Below, one piece after another: positions 9,221 through 18,329 of a stretch of 64,000 bases of DNA. The position numbers were made by a program, and so were the translations under genes. The notes beneath the pieces are model-generated. The model saw nothing but the letters and a program-made list of their open reading frames with translations. It had not been told where the DNA came from and ran no database searches. Positions within the stretch are counted from its first letter, which is position 1. Each line of letters opens with the position of its first letter. The DNA is from an uncultured delta proteobacterium (GTDB lineage: Bacteria; Desulfobacterota; Desulfobacteria; Desulfobacterales; Desulfosalsimonadaceae), in assembly GCA_963826785.1 (NCBI GenBank), contig CAWGYD010000004.1, forward strand, positions 352,001 through 416,000, written 5' to 3'.

Positions 9221-10951
9221 ATGAGCATGCAGAACATCGAAATTCGGGACATCTTTACCCGGCTTGCCGACCTTTTGGAACTCAAGGGCGAAAATCCTTT
9301 CCGGGTCCGTGCCTACCGGGAAGCCGCGCGGGTGATCGACGGGATGTCCGAGCAGGTGGAAAAACTGGTCAAAGAGGACGGCGATCTGACCGCCTACCGC
9401 GGTATCGGCCGGGACTTGGCGGAAAAGATCAGGGAAATCGTTCAAACCGGACGCCTGCAGAAGCTTGAAGAAGTAAAGACCCAGGTCCCGGAAGCCCTGT
9501 GCGAACTGATGCGGATTCCCGAACTGGGTCCGAAAAAGGTGGCCCTCCTGCACCAGCGGCTGGGAATCCGGAGTATGGACGACCTGAAAACGGCCGCGGA
9601 ATCGGGCGCCATTTCGGAGCTCAAGGGATTCGGGAAAAAATCCGAGCAGAAAATCCTCCAGTCGCTTGGCCGCGTCAAGAAAGAAGGTGCGCCGCGCATG
9701 CTGATCAGCGACGTGGGGCCATATGCGGATGCCCTGGAAAAATACCTTCTGCAGCAGGATGGGGTAAAGCGGGTGACCGTTGCCGGAAGCTTCCGCCGGG
9801 GAAAAGAAACCATAGGGGATCTCGACATCCTGGCCGTCTGCGAACCCGGGCGGGAGGCGAAGGTCATGCAGGCATTTACCGGCTTTGAGGACGTTGCCGG
9901 GGTCACCGCCGCCGGCCAGGGCAAAAGCGCCATCCGGCTGCGCTCCGGACTCCAGGTGGATCTGCGGATCGTAAAGGAGGAAAGCTACGGGGCAGCCCTG
10001 CATTATTTTACCGGATCAAAGGCCCACAACATCGCCATCCGGCGCCTGGGCATCGACAAAGGGCTCAAGATCAACGAGTACGGGGTGTTTGCCGGGGAGG
10101 CGCAGATCGCCGGCGCAACGGAAGAATCGGTGTACCAAGCCGTGGACCTGCCATTTATCGCCCCGGAACTGCGGGAAAATCTCGGGGAAATCGAAGCCGC
10201 CCGGGCAGGGGCCCTCCCGGAACTGATTACGCTGGAGGCCATCCGGGGCGACCTGCACGCACACACCCGGCGCACCGACGGCAGGAATACCCTGACGGAA
10301 ATGGCGCAGGCCGCAAAAGCGATGGGATATGAATACCTGGCCATCACCGAGCATTCCCAGAAGGTGGCCATGGCCGGCGGGCTGACGGAAACAGACCTCC
10401 GGGCGCACATGGCCGCCATCGATGCCGTAAATGAAACCCTGGAGGGGTTTACGCTCCTCAAAGGAATCGAGGTGGATATCCTGGCCGACGGAGAACTCGA
10501 CCTGCCCGATTCGGTCCTGAAGGAGCTCGATATCGTCGTGGGGTCGGCCCATTACTACCAGCGCCTTTCCCGGGAAAAGCAGACGGAGCGCATCATCCGG
10601 GCCATGGACAACCCCTGTCTCAAGATTCTCGGTCACCCCACCGGGCGCCTGATCAACTCCCGCGAACCCATGGAGATCGACCTGGAAAAGATGATCGCGG
10701 CGGCAAAGGAGCGGAAAGTGGTCATTGAAGTCAACGCCCAGCCGGACCGTCTCGACCTGCCGCACGCCTACTGCAAGATGGCCGTGGAAACGGGAGTGAA
10801 GATCGCCATTTCCACCGACGCCCACAGCGCGCTGGGTTTGCACCGGATGAAGAATGGCATTACGGAAGCCCGCCGGGGATGGCTGAAACAAGAAGACGTC
10901 ATCAACACCCGCCCGCTGAATCAAATGCTGAAATTGCTGCGAGGAAGCTGA
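9221..10951 (+). CDS. polX: DNA polymerase X / PHP 3'-5' exonuclease
   Basis: NPFRVRAY, GSFRRGKETIGDLD, QVDLR, YFTGS; PHP motifs DLHAHT, TEHS, HPTG, STDAH. Confidence 0.95.
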   Translation: MSMQNIEIRDIFTRLADLLELKGENPFRVRAYREAARVIDGMSEQVEKLVKEDGDLTAYRGIGRDLAEKIREIVQTGRLQKLEEVKTQVPEALCELMRIPELGPKKVALLHQRLGIRSMDDLKTAAESGAISELKGFGKKSEQKILQSLGRVKKEGAPRMLISDVGPYADALEKYLLQQDGVKRVTVAGSFRRGKETIGDLDILAVCEPGREAKVMQAFTGFEDVAGVTAAGQGKSAIRLRSGLQVDLRIVKEESYGAALHYFTGSKAHNIAIRRLGIDKGLKINEYGVFAGEAQIAGATEESVYQAVDLPFIAPELRENLGEIEAARAGALPELITLEAIRGDLHAHTRRTDGRNTLTEMAQAAKAMGYEYLAITEHSQKVAMAGGLTETDLRAHMAAIDAVNETLEGFTLLKGIEVDILADGELDLPDSVLKELDIVVGSAHYYQRLSREKQTERIIRAMDNPCLKILGHPTGRLINSREPMEIDLEKMIAAAKERKVVIEVNAQPDRLDLPHAYCKMAVETGVKIAISTDAHSALGLHRMKNGITEARRGWLKQEDVINTRPLNQMLKLLRGS

Positions 10952-11086
10952 GGTGGGAATTTTGCGACTTCACCGCGCCTGATCGCCCCATGTCCAGGCG
11001 GTTCAATTCCCTTGCCATGAAACACCCGATACCCTATGGTACTCCTTTGCTTTCTTTACGAAAATAACGGATGGGAAGATGGTGTT

Positions 11087-12178
11087 ATGACCCGACTGGT
11101 TTCTTTCTGGGCCGGAAAAAAGGCATATGAGAAGATCATGGCATCAGGGATCCGGCCGGATGATGTCGATGTGGCGGCCGGGGCGGCGGGCGGTCCGAAA
11201 TGGCTGGTCCTGGGCGGGCTCGACCGACTTTTGTTCGGCTCCTGGTTTGATTCCCGGAAAACCCCTTTGTTTCTTGTCGGCTCCTCCATCGGCGCATGGC
11301 GGTTTGCCGCGGTATCCCAGAAGGACCCCCTCGGGGCGCTGAACCGGTTTGAATCGGCCTACCTTCGCCAGACCTACGGTCCACGCCCTTCCATGCAATC
11401 GGTCAATGCGCAAATCGAGTCCATCCTGGAGCAGATGATGGGCCCGGACGGTCCGGAGCAGATTTTATCGAATCCCTTGCTTCGCTTGAATATCCTGTCG
11501 GTTCAGTGCCGGGGGCTGACGGGGAGCGACACCCGATCCCGGCTGCTGGCCGGACTGGCGCTGGCCGCCGCCGGAAATGCCCTGTTTCGGGGAAGCTTGA
11601 AACTGTTTTTTACACGGACCCTGTTTTACGACCCCCGCGATATCCCGCCTTTTTTTGACATGGCGGATTTCCCCATCCACAAAATACCGCTCACCAGAGA
11701 AAATATCCGCTCCGCGCTGATGGCTTCGGGCGCAATCCCCATGATCATGCCCGGTGTAAAAGACATCCCCGGCGCCCCGGCCGGGGTTTACCGGGACGGC
11801 GGCATCATCGATTATCATCTCAATATCCCGTTTAACACCGGGGACGGCAGGATTGTCCTGTTCCCGCATTATACCGAGCGGGTGGTTCCCGGATGGCTGG
11901 ACAAGCAGATTTTCTGGCGCGGACCCGACCTGTCGTACATGGAATCCGTCCTGCTGGCCGCCCCCACGGCTGCTTTCCTGGAGTCGCTCCCCCATGGCAA
12001 AATTCCCGATCGGACCGATTTCAGCAAATTTAATGGAAGCGACCGGGAGCGGATGGATTACTGGCGGCGGGTGGTCGGTCTCAGCCGCGCTCTGGCCGAT
12101 GATTTCATGCAGGCGGTGGATTCGGGAGAAATCCGAAATCGGCTGCGGCCGCTTTCCGAATTGTCTTCAGGACGCTGA
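11087..12178 (+). CDS. Patatin-like phospholipase family protein
   Basis: GAAGGPKW Gly-rich motif, GSSIG nucleophile elbow and DGG; start chosen at MTRL (11087). Confidence 0.8.
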   Translation: MTRLVSFWAGKKAYEKIMASGIRPDDVDVAAGAAGGPKWLVLGGLDRLLFGSWFDSRKTPLFLVGSSIGAWRFAAVSQKDPLGALNRFESAYLRQTYGPRPSMQSVNAQIESILEQMMGPDGPEQILSNPLLRLNILSVQCRGLTGSDTRSRLLAGLALAAAGNALFRGSLKLFFTRTLFYDPRDIPPFFDMADFPIHKIPLTRENIRSALMASGAIPMIMPGVKDIPGAPAGVYRDGGIIDYHLNIPFNTGDGRIVLFPHYTERVVPGWLDKQIFWRGPDLSYMESVLLAAPTAAFLESLPHGKIPDRTDFSKFNGSDRERMDYWRRVVGLSRALADDFMQAVDSGEIRNRLRPLSELSSGR

Positions 12179-12288
12179 TTTTCGCCTTCCTCTTTCTTTG
12201 CCCAATCGCCTGGTTTTTCGTTCGGGCACTGTCACTGCTTAGGGTCTGCCCAAAATAACAAGGCAACCCTGATTTCAGGACAAAACCC

Positions 12289-13200
12289 TTACTTCGTATT
12301 TTTGATAAAATCGAGAATCATCAAGGCAAACGCTTCTGCGCAATCTTCCTGGAGAAAATGCCCGCCGTCCGGGATGGTGGAGTGCGGCTGGTTTTTGGCG
12401 CCCGGGATCAGTTTCTGAAAGACCTTGTCTCCTCCCCGGGTGATGGGGTCCCTGTCGCTGAAGGCGGTCAGGAAGGGCTTTTCAAACGACTGCAGCACCC
12501 GCCATGCCTCCCGGTTGGCCGCGGCTGCCGGGTCATCGGGCCGGGTGGGGACCAGGGAGGGGAAAATGCGGGCCCCTTCCTTGTAGGTCTCATCCGGGAA
12601 GGGGGCGTCATAGGCGGCGATGACATCTGCCGGAAGCGGGTGATGGCAGCCCCCGGAAATGATCTGCCCCACCGGAAATTCGGGGGTTTCCACCGAAAAT
12701 CGCTGCCATTCCATAAAGGCCTCCGGCATCTGCTGATCGCCGGTGGGCAGCCCGGTATTGGCGGTAACCACCCGGTCGAAGCGGTCCGGCGCCAGGGCGA
12801 CCAGGCGCAGGCCGATCAGGCCGCCCCAGTCCTGGCAGACCAGGGTGACGGCCTTTAGGGACAATCGCTCCAGGAGCAACTGCTCCATCCAGGCAACGTG
12901 CCGCTGGTAGGTATAGTCCTTCCGGCTGGCGGGTTTGTCGGAACGGCCGAAACCCACCAGGTCGGGCGCGATGACCCGGTGCCCGGCCCCGGAAATCAAG
13001 GGGATCATTTTGCGGTACAGATAGGACCAGGAGGGCTCACCGTGCATCAGCAGCACGGGCGCGGCATTTTGGGGGCCCTCGTCCAGGTAGTGCGCCCGCA
13101 GGGTCCCCCCGTCTCCGTCCGGTATCTCAATGTAATGGGGGGCAAAGGTGTAGCCGGGGAGATGATCGAAACGGTCTTCCGGCGTTCTAAGAACTTTCAT
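12289..13200 (-). CDS. Haloalkane dehalogenase (alpha/beta hydrolase)
   Basis: LRTPEDRF N-terminus, HGEPSWSYLYRKM, GFGRSDKP, CQDWGG (Asp nucleophile plus halide-binding Trp) and GHFLQED. Confidence 0.9.
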   Translation of the reverse strand: MKVLRTPEDRFDHLPGYTFAPHYIEIPDGDGGTLRAHYLDEGPQNAAPVLLMHGEPSWSYLYRKMIPLISGAGHRVIAPDLVGFGRSDKPASRKDYTYQRHVAWMEQLLLERLSLKAVTLVCQDWGGLIGLRLVALAPDRFDRVVTANTGLPTGDQQMPEAFMEWQRFSVETPEFPVGQIISGGCHHPLPADVIAAYDAPFPDETYKEGARIFPSLVPTRPDDPAAAANREAWRVLQSFEKPFLTAFSDRDPITRGGDKVFQKLIPGAKNQPHSTIPDGGHFLQEDCAEAFALMILDFIKNTK

Positions 13201-13224
13201 GATCGGCCTCCTGATGCTGTCGTT

Positions 13225-14190
13225 TCAGATCGTGATCCGCCAGCAGCGATGGATGGTCTTTCGCTTGCTGACGTAGTCTTCGGGTATGGTCTGGCGGGTG
13301 ATCTCTTCGATATGATCAACGGCCAGATCCGTCATTTGCGGGGTGAAATCCTGGTGGTTGGTGGAGAAAAAAACGGTGGCGCCGTCGCGCATCACCCGGA
13401 CCACCGCATCCAGAAGCTGCGGGTGGTCTTTTGCAATATCGAATTCTTGGCCCCGGGTCCGGGTGGTGGAATACGAGGGGGGATCCACCACCGCAAGATC
13501 GAAAGCCGGCCCTTTCTTATCGGCTTTTTTCAAAAAATCAAGTGCATGGGCCTGTATCAGCCGGTTGGATTCTGCCGTGATGCCGTTTATATCCATGTTC
13601 TCCCGGGCCCACCGGATAGCGGACTCGGCCCGGTCCACGGACAGGGTGGTTTTGGCGCCGCCCTTTGCGGCATAGCAGGAAAAGGTTCCCGTGTAGCAAT
13701 ACAGGTTGAGAAAGTCCTTGCCACCTGCCATCTCCCGGATCATCTGCCGGGTGTCCCGGTGATCGGAAAACAGCCCCGTGTCCACGTAGTCATAGGGGTT
13801 GACATAAAATTTCAGGTCCCGCTCGGACACGATGATTTTTTGATCGGTATAGTCGATGCGCTCATAGCGCTTTCCTTCCTGCCGGCCCGCGCGCCGCTCT
13901 TTTAAATGGACGTTTGGCGCGGGCACGTCAAGGGCTTTTGCCACCGCCTCCCCCATCAGGGGAAGCCAGCCGGGCACCGACTGCTTGCGCATGTACTCCC
14001 CGATGACCAGATGCCCGGCATACCAGTCCACCACCGCACGAATCTCCGGTATGTCCCAGTCATAGAGCCTGAACACCTCGATATGCTGTTTTGCAAACCG
14101 CTTGTGCAGGTGTCTGAATCGCTTCTTCACCCGGTTGGCGAGCATCCGGGCCTGGTCTGAAAATCGGGTGGCAATATCTGGATCAATCAT
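13225..14190 (-). CDS. Class I SAM-dependent rRNA methyltransferase (RlmK/RlmI-like, standalone)
   Basis: RLYDWDIPE, YVDTGLFSDHR, LNLYCYTGTFS and VDPPS; start chosen at MIDPD (14190). Confidence 0.85.
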   Translation of the reverse strand: MIDPDIATRFSDQARMLANRVKKRFRHLHKRFAKQHIEVFRLYDWDIPEIRAVVDWYAGHLVIGEYMRKQSVPGWLPLMGEAVAKALDVPAPNVHLKERRAGRQEGKRYERIDYTDQKIIVSERDLKFYVNPYDYVDTGLFSDHRDTRQMIREMAGGKDFLNLYCYTGTFSCYAAKGGAKTTLSVDRAESAIRWARENMDINGITAESNRLIQAHALDFLKKADKKGPAFDLAVVDPPSYSTTRTRGQEFDIAKDHPQLLDAVVRVMRDGATVFFSTNHQDFTPQMTDLAVDHIEEITRQTIPEDYVSKRKTIHRCWRITI

Positions 14191-14365
14191 CGATGGACGT
14201 TTTCTTTTCGGCTGTCGGGGTGGTACTTTTATCGGGAAAAAGACACGGCGGTAATATACAGCCAAACCAATGGCAAGGCAAGGGGGCAGGTGAGCGGGCA
14301 CGTTAAAATGCGGATGCCCTCAGAAATGGTACGGGCGGCGTTTTGCGAACTGCCGCTAAAATTTC

Positions 14366-14396
14366 GCGCCTGTCCGCATGCTTTCCGGACAGGCGC
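14366..14396. terminator. Hairpin downstream of rubrerythrin (possible terminator)
   Basis: Perfect 11-bp stem GCGCCTGTCCG/CGGACAGGCGC; U-tract weak. Confidence 0.45.
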
Positions 14397-14423
14397 TCAA
14401 GGCATGGGGGCGTTCAACACGCT

Positions 14424-15068
14424 CTAACTGATCATTAAAAATACACCCGAAGGCGTGGCGCAGAATGGACAGTTGCTGAAGGAGGGTTTTCCTTCCACCG
14501 TATAGCCGCAGGTGGGGCAGACATAGAAAATTTCATTGGCTGTTTTCCAGTTTTCCAGATTGTCCACCGCCTCCTTGTACAGCTTGGCGTGCTGGGCTTC
14601 CACATTCTGGGCATAGGTAAACGTCAGAACGGCTTCCTGGTTGTTGTCTTTCTGCGCCTGGGAGATAAACTCCGGGTACATGGTCGTCTTTTCGTAAGTC
14701 TCCCCCTTGATGGCATCCTGGAGGTTTTCCCGGGTGGATTTCACTTCCGGCAGCTGAATATCCGCCTTGGGGACGGCCCCCATGCCCTTGATTACCCGGG
14801 CGTGATTTTTCAGGTGGATCTCCTCTGCGCTGGCCACCGCCCGGAAGAGCCGTGCCGCCTTGTGATATCCTTCTTCATCTGCTTTTTGGGCATATGCCAG
14901 GTATTTTGCCTGGGCATTGCTTTCCCCGTTGTAGGCGGCCTGGAGGTTTTCCAGGGTTTTGCTCTGCTGTTCCGCGTGAACCGGGACGCTAAGTACGAGC
15001 GCCATTCCGAAAATCGCCAGTGCTATCAGTAACGTATTGAACTTTTGTCCCTTCAAATTCATGGTCAT
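14424..15068 (-). CDS. rbr: Rubrerythrin with N-terminal signal peptide
   Basis: TLENLQAAYNGESNA, EEIH, GETYE and EAQH di-iron ligands; CPTCG...CPFC rubredoxin-like tail; preceded by basic residues, a hydrophobic stretch and VHA. Confidence 0.9.
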   Translation of the reverse strand: MTMNLKGQKFNTLLIALAIFGMALVLSVPVHAEQQSKTLENLQAAYNGESNAQAKYLAYAQKADEEGYHKAARLFRAVASAEEIHLKNHARVIKGMGAVPKADIQLPEVKSTRENLQDAIKGETYEKTTMYPEFISQAQKDNNQEAVLTFTYAQNVEAQHAKLYKEAVDNLENWKTANEIFYVCPTCGYTVEGKPSFSNCPFCATPSGVFLMIS

Positions 15069-15256
15069 CCTCCATTCCGTTTAGGGTCTGTGCGGTTAGG
15101 GCAGGTTATAAATACGAATCATCATAAAAGGGAGCGGGAATATTTCCATTGGGTAAATCATTTATTTTTCATTCGTGAGTCATGTAGTCCGAGAAACATC
15201 GATCCGAAAACACGGATAGGCGACATGCCCTCCGAAGTATTTTTTCATTGCGCCAT

Positions 15257-15279
15257 AAAAAAAGCCGCTCTATTCCGGC
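15257..15279 (-). terminator. Putative intrinsic terminator overlapping the true stop of the rhodanese selenoprotein
   Basis: Minus strand GCCG-GAATAGAG-CGGC followed by TTTTTTT. Confidence 0.5.
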
Positions 15280-15701
15280 GTTTGCTCCCGGACCGGGTAC
15301 CCTTCGGCCTGCCAGGCGTGATATCCGCCTTTCAGCGCCCAGACGTTTACGAAACCCATGTCCTGGTACTGTGCCGCCACCCGGGCGGACGTGGCTTCGC
15401 TGGGTCAGCCGCAGTAGAAGATGAGGTTTTGATCCTTGGGGAGATTGTCCTTTCTGGCGTCGAGTTCGCTTTTGGTGACGGCGCCTTCGATCATCATTTT
15501 GCTGCATCGCTGATCATCATAGGAGCAGACCATGATCGCTTCTCCTGAATCCAGCAGGGCCTTGGCCGCTTCGGGTGAAATGCGTTCAACGGATCCGGAA
15601 TCCGGGTGGTCCTGCGCCAGGGCCGGCAGGGACACGCATGGAAAAACCGCAAAAACGAAGAAGCCGACAAAAAACATTAATCGTAGATAATTCATATACA
15701 T
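15270..15701 (-). CDS. Exported rhodanese-like selenoprotein (Sec at TGA 15405-15407), 143 aa
   Basis: The ORF track ends at LIFYCG, but the frame continues (U)PSEATSARVAAQYQDMGFVNVWALKGGYHAWQAEGYPVREQTPE to TAG 15270-15272, a canonical rhodanese C-terminal half. Signal peptide ends ALA. Confidence 0.9.
15374..15388 (-). promoter_or_regulatory. Putative SECIS hairpin of the rhodanese selenoprotein
   Basis: Minus strand CCGCC-CGGGT-GGCGG beginning 17 nt after the UGA; extendable by GT/AC with one bulge. Confidence 0.7.
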
Positions 15702-15982
15702 CCCCTTTCATAATGAGCACAGCAGAATGGAAGGTAGCGCCTTTTCCGAAGATTCAACTGTAAAGATGCGCATCTAAATGAAAAAGTAAAACATCCTCAC
15801 CGCCTGATCCTGAAAAGGCGCAATCCCGTGCAGATGGCAAAAATCAACTCTGAACAGGAAAAGGGGGAAGGAAAAATTTCATCATCTGCAGTTTTTTTTT
15901 ACGAACAGATCGAAGGTATGCTACTGTATAAATGTTTTCACGAGGGGTGATTGAATTTTTCATGTGAAAGGGGAGGAAGACA

Positions 15983-16561
15983 ATGGGCTTGATGAATGTT
16001 ATCTCGAAAAAAACTTCGTTTACTGTTGCTGTCGGTGTTTCCATGATTTTATGGGCGGGGCTTGCCGCTTTTTTCGGCATCCTGTGTGACTACATCGTCA
16101 TGCAGGAAAAACAGATGGCGCTTTTCATGACCATCATCACCGTGATCGGGATCATGGCTCCCATATGCATGACCATACAGATCGTTCTGCTTGGCTTGAT
16201 CAAGCCGCTTTCACTAAAGCCCCTGCGGCCGATCATCGACAATTTGGATGGCTTGGAAATCAAGTCCAGGATAACCATCCCGGAGCTCGAAGAGACGCTC
16301 ACCGCTTTGAAACGATTTCCCGAAATCAACGCCATCATTGGCCTGCTGCTGTGTTCGGTGATCATTTTGACGCTGATCGGCACGGTGTATCTGAAAGGGT
16401 ATGAATTCTTCTGGGTCATGACCCAGGTCATATTCGGTGCCCTGGCGGTTCTGATCTACGGTGTCGCCACCTTCCTGTACTCCAGTGCAAAGGCCAACCC
16501 CATGCGTAAAAAAGTGTATTACCTGCTCAATGAGTATAAGAAGAATAAAAGAAAAAATTAA
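15983..16561 (+). CDS. Hypothetical membrane protein (about 4 TM segments)
   Basis: Strong RBS GGGAGG; four hydrophobic segments; basic tail; visibly more AT-rich than its neighbours. Confidence 0.7.
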   Translation: MGLMNVISKKTSFTVAVGVSMILWAGLAAFFGILCDYIVMQEKQMALFMTIITVIGIMAPICMTIQIVLLGLIKPLSLKPLRPIIDNLDGLEIKSRITIPELEETLTALKRFPEINAIIGLLLCSVIILTLIGTVYLKGYEFFWVMTQVIFGALAVLIYGVATFLYSSAKANPMRKKVYYLLNEYKKNKRKN

Positions 16562-16621
16562 AGCAGTGGCGTTTCCGCTACTTTTGATCTCATAAAAATA
16601 GGAAAAGAAGGCATCGGCAGA

Positions 16622-18295
16622 ATGATGAAGAATACATACGACTATGATTTTATCGTGATCGGTTCGGGTTTCGGGGGGAGTGTCTCCGCCCTTCGCCTGG
16701 CGGAAAAAGGGTACAAGGTGGCGGTTCTGGAAAAAGGGAAGCGCTGGAAAACCGAGGATTTCCCCAAGACCAACTGGAACATCCGGAAAAACCTGTGGCT
16801 GCCCGCCATCGGCTGCTACGGCTATCAGATGGTCACCCAGTTGAAGCATGTGCTGATTTTTCACGGCGGCGGGGTGGGCGGCGGGAGTCTGGTGTATGCC
16901 AATCAGCTGCTGGTTCCCCCGGATGAAGTGTTTAAACGGCCCGAATGGGGGCAGGGGGACTGGAAGTCGAAGATGATGCCCTTTTATGAAAAGGCCAAAA
17001 AGATGCTGGGCGCAAATCCCAGCCCCTATGTGGGAAAAGCGGACAAATGCCTCCAGGAAGTGGGCATCGAACTGACCGGAAAAGATACCTTTCATAAAAA
17101 CGACGTGGGAATCTTTTTCGGCACGCCGGAAAAAACCGTGCCGGACCCGTATTTTAAAGGAAAAGGGCCGGAGCGGACCGGGTGCACCTTCTGCGGGGCC
17201 TGCATGATCGGCTGCCCGGTGGGGGCCAAGAACACCCTGGACAAGAACTACCTGTACCTTGCCGAAGGCCTGGGCGTCGATATCATTCCCGAAACCATGG
17301 TCACGGCCATCAGGCCGTCCGGCAACGGATATGAAGTGCTCACCAAAAAATCCACGGGACTGCGGCACCCGGAAAAAACCTATCGTGCCAGCAGCGTGGT
17401 CGTGAGCGCAAGCGTCCTGGGAACGGTGAAACTGCTGAACCAGTGCAGGCAGAACGGTCATCTGCCAAACATTTCCGACCAGCTGGGCAATTATGTGCGC
17501 ACCAATTCAGAGGCCCTGCTGGGCGTAAAATCACGAGACAAGAGTGTCAACTGGAACGATCAGATCGCCATCACTTCCGGCATTTATGCCGACGACACCA
17601 CCCATATCGAAATGGTCCGCTACAACAAGGGCTCCGATGTTCTGCTGAACCTGTTTACCCTGATGACCGACGGCGGCGGAAAAATCCCGCGGGTCCTGAG
17701 GTTTCTCGCAAACATCATCCGGCATCCGATCCGGTTTCTTTCCCTGCTGTGGCCGCTGGGCATGGCCTCGACCACCACCATCGTTTTAGTCATGCAGACG
17801 GATGAAAATTACCTGAAGCTCGACTACAAGCCGCGCTGGTGGCGGCTGGGGGCAAAGAGCCAGAATACGACCATCCCCGAAGGCCTGAGACGTTCGCCGG
17901 CGTATATCCCCATCGCCAACGAGGTCACCCGGCGGCTGGCGGAAAAGATGGACGGCATTCCCGTGAGCGCCATCACCGAAGTCACCATGAACTCGTCTTC
18001 CACCGCGCATATTCTCGGCGGGTGCTGCATGGGTGAATCCCCGGAAGAGGGGGTCGTGAACCGAAGAGGGGAGGTTTTCGGCTACCCGAACCTCTATGTG
18101 GCCGACGGTTCGGTGGTGCCGGCCAACCTGGGCGTCAACCCCAGCCTGACCATCACCGCCCTGGCCGAGTACATCATGGACCAGATTCCGGCCAAACACC
18201 CAAAAACGGCTGATGCCGCAGGAGAAAAGCAGGATTCTGACGAAAAGGCATCCTCAGTGCCCAAAGCGCCCGCCATGCAGCCGGAAAAGGCATGA
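16622..18295 (+). CDS. GMC-family FAD oxidoreductase (cholesterol-oxidase/ChoD-like)
   Basis: IGSGFGGSV, GVGGGSLVYAN, CTFCGACMIGC, TLDKNYL, TAHILGG, NLGVNPSLTITALAE. Confidence 0.88.
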   Translation: MMKNTYDYDFIVIGSGFGGSVSALRLAEKGYKVAVLEKGKRWKTEDFPKTNWNIRKNLWLPAIGCYGYQMVTQLKHVLIFHGGGVGGGSLVYANQLLVPPDEVFKRPEWGQGDWKSKMMPFYEKAKKMLGANPSPYVGKADKCLQEVGIELTGKDTFHKNDVGIFFGTPEKTVPDPYFKGKGPERTGCTFCGACMIGCPVGAKNTLDKNYLYLAEGLGVDIIPETMVTAIRPSGNGYEVLTKKSTGLRHPEKTYRASSVVVSASVLGTVKLLNQCRQNGHLPNISDQLGNYVRTNSEALLGVKSRDKSVNWNDQIAITSGIYADDTTHIEMVRYNKGSDVLLNLFTLMTDGGGKIPRVLRFLANIIRHPIRFLSLLWPLGMASTTTIVLVMQTDENYLKLDYKPRWWRLGAKSQNTTIPEGLRRSPAYIPIANEVTRRLAEKMDGIPVSAITEVTMNSSSTAHILGGCCMGESPEEGVVNRRGEVFGYPNLYVADGSVVPANLGVNPSLTITALAEYIMDQIPAKHPKTADAAGEKQDSDEKASSVPKAPAMQPEKA

Positions 18296-18329
18296 GGGTC
18301 GGAGAATGGGCGAAATGGCGGATCTAACG

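Noticed and set aside
9221..10951. PolX as a possibly inactive variant or mobile-element marker
   Set aside because: The polymerase Asp triad (DLD, VDLR) and PHP metal ligands are intact, and no integrase or phage genes are nearby. It is an ordinary chromosomal PolX.
12240..12291. Short imperfect inverted repeat between the convergent patatin and dehalogenase genes
   Set aside because: Too short and degenerate to separate a terminator from a repeat remnant; no second copy recognised in the window.
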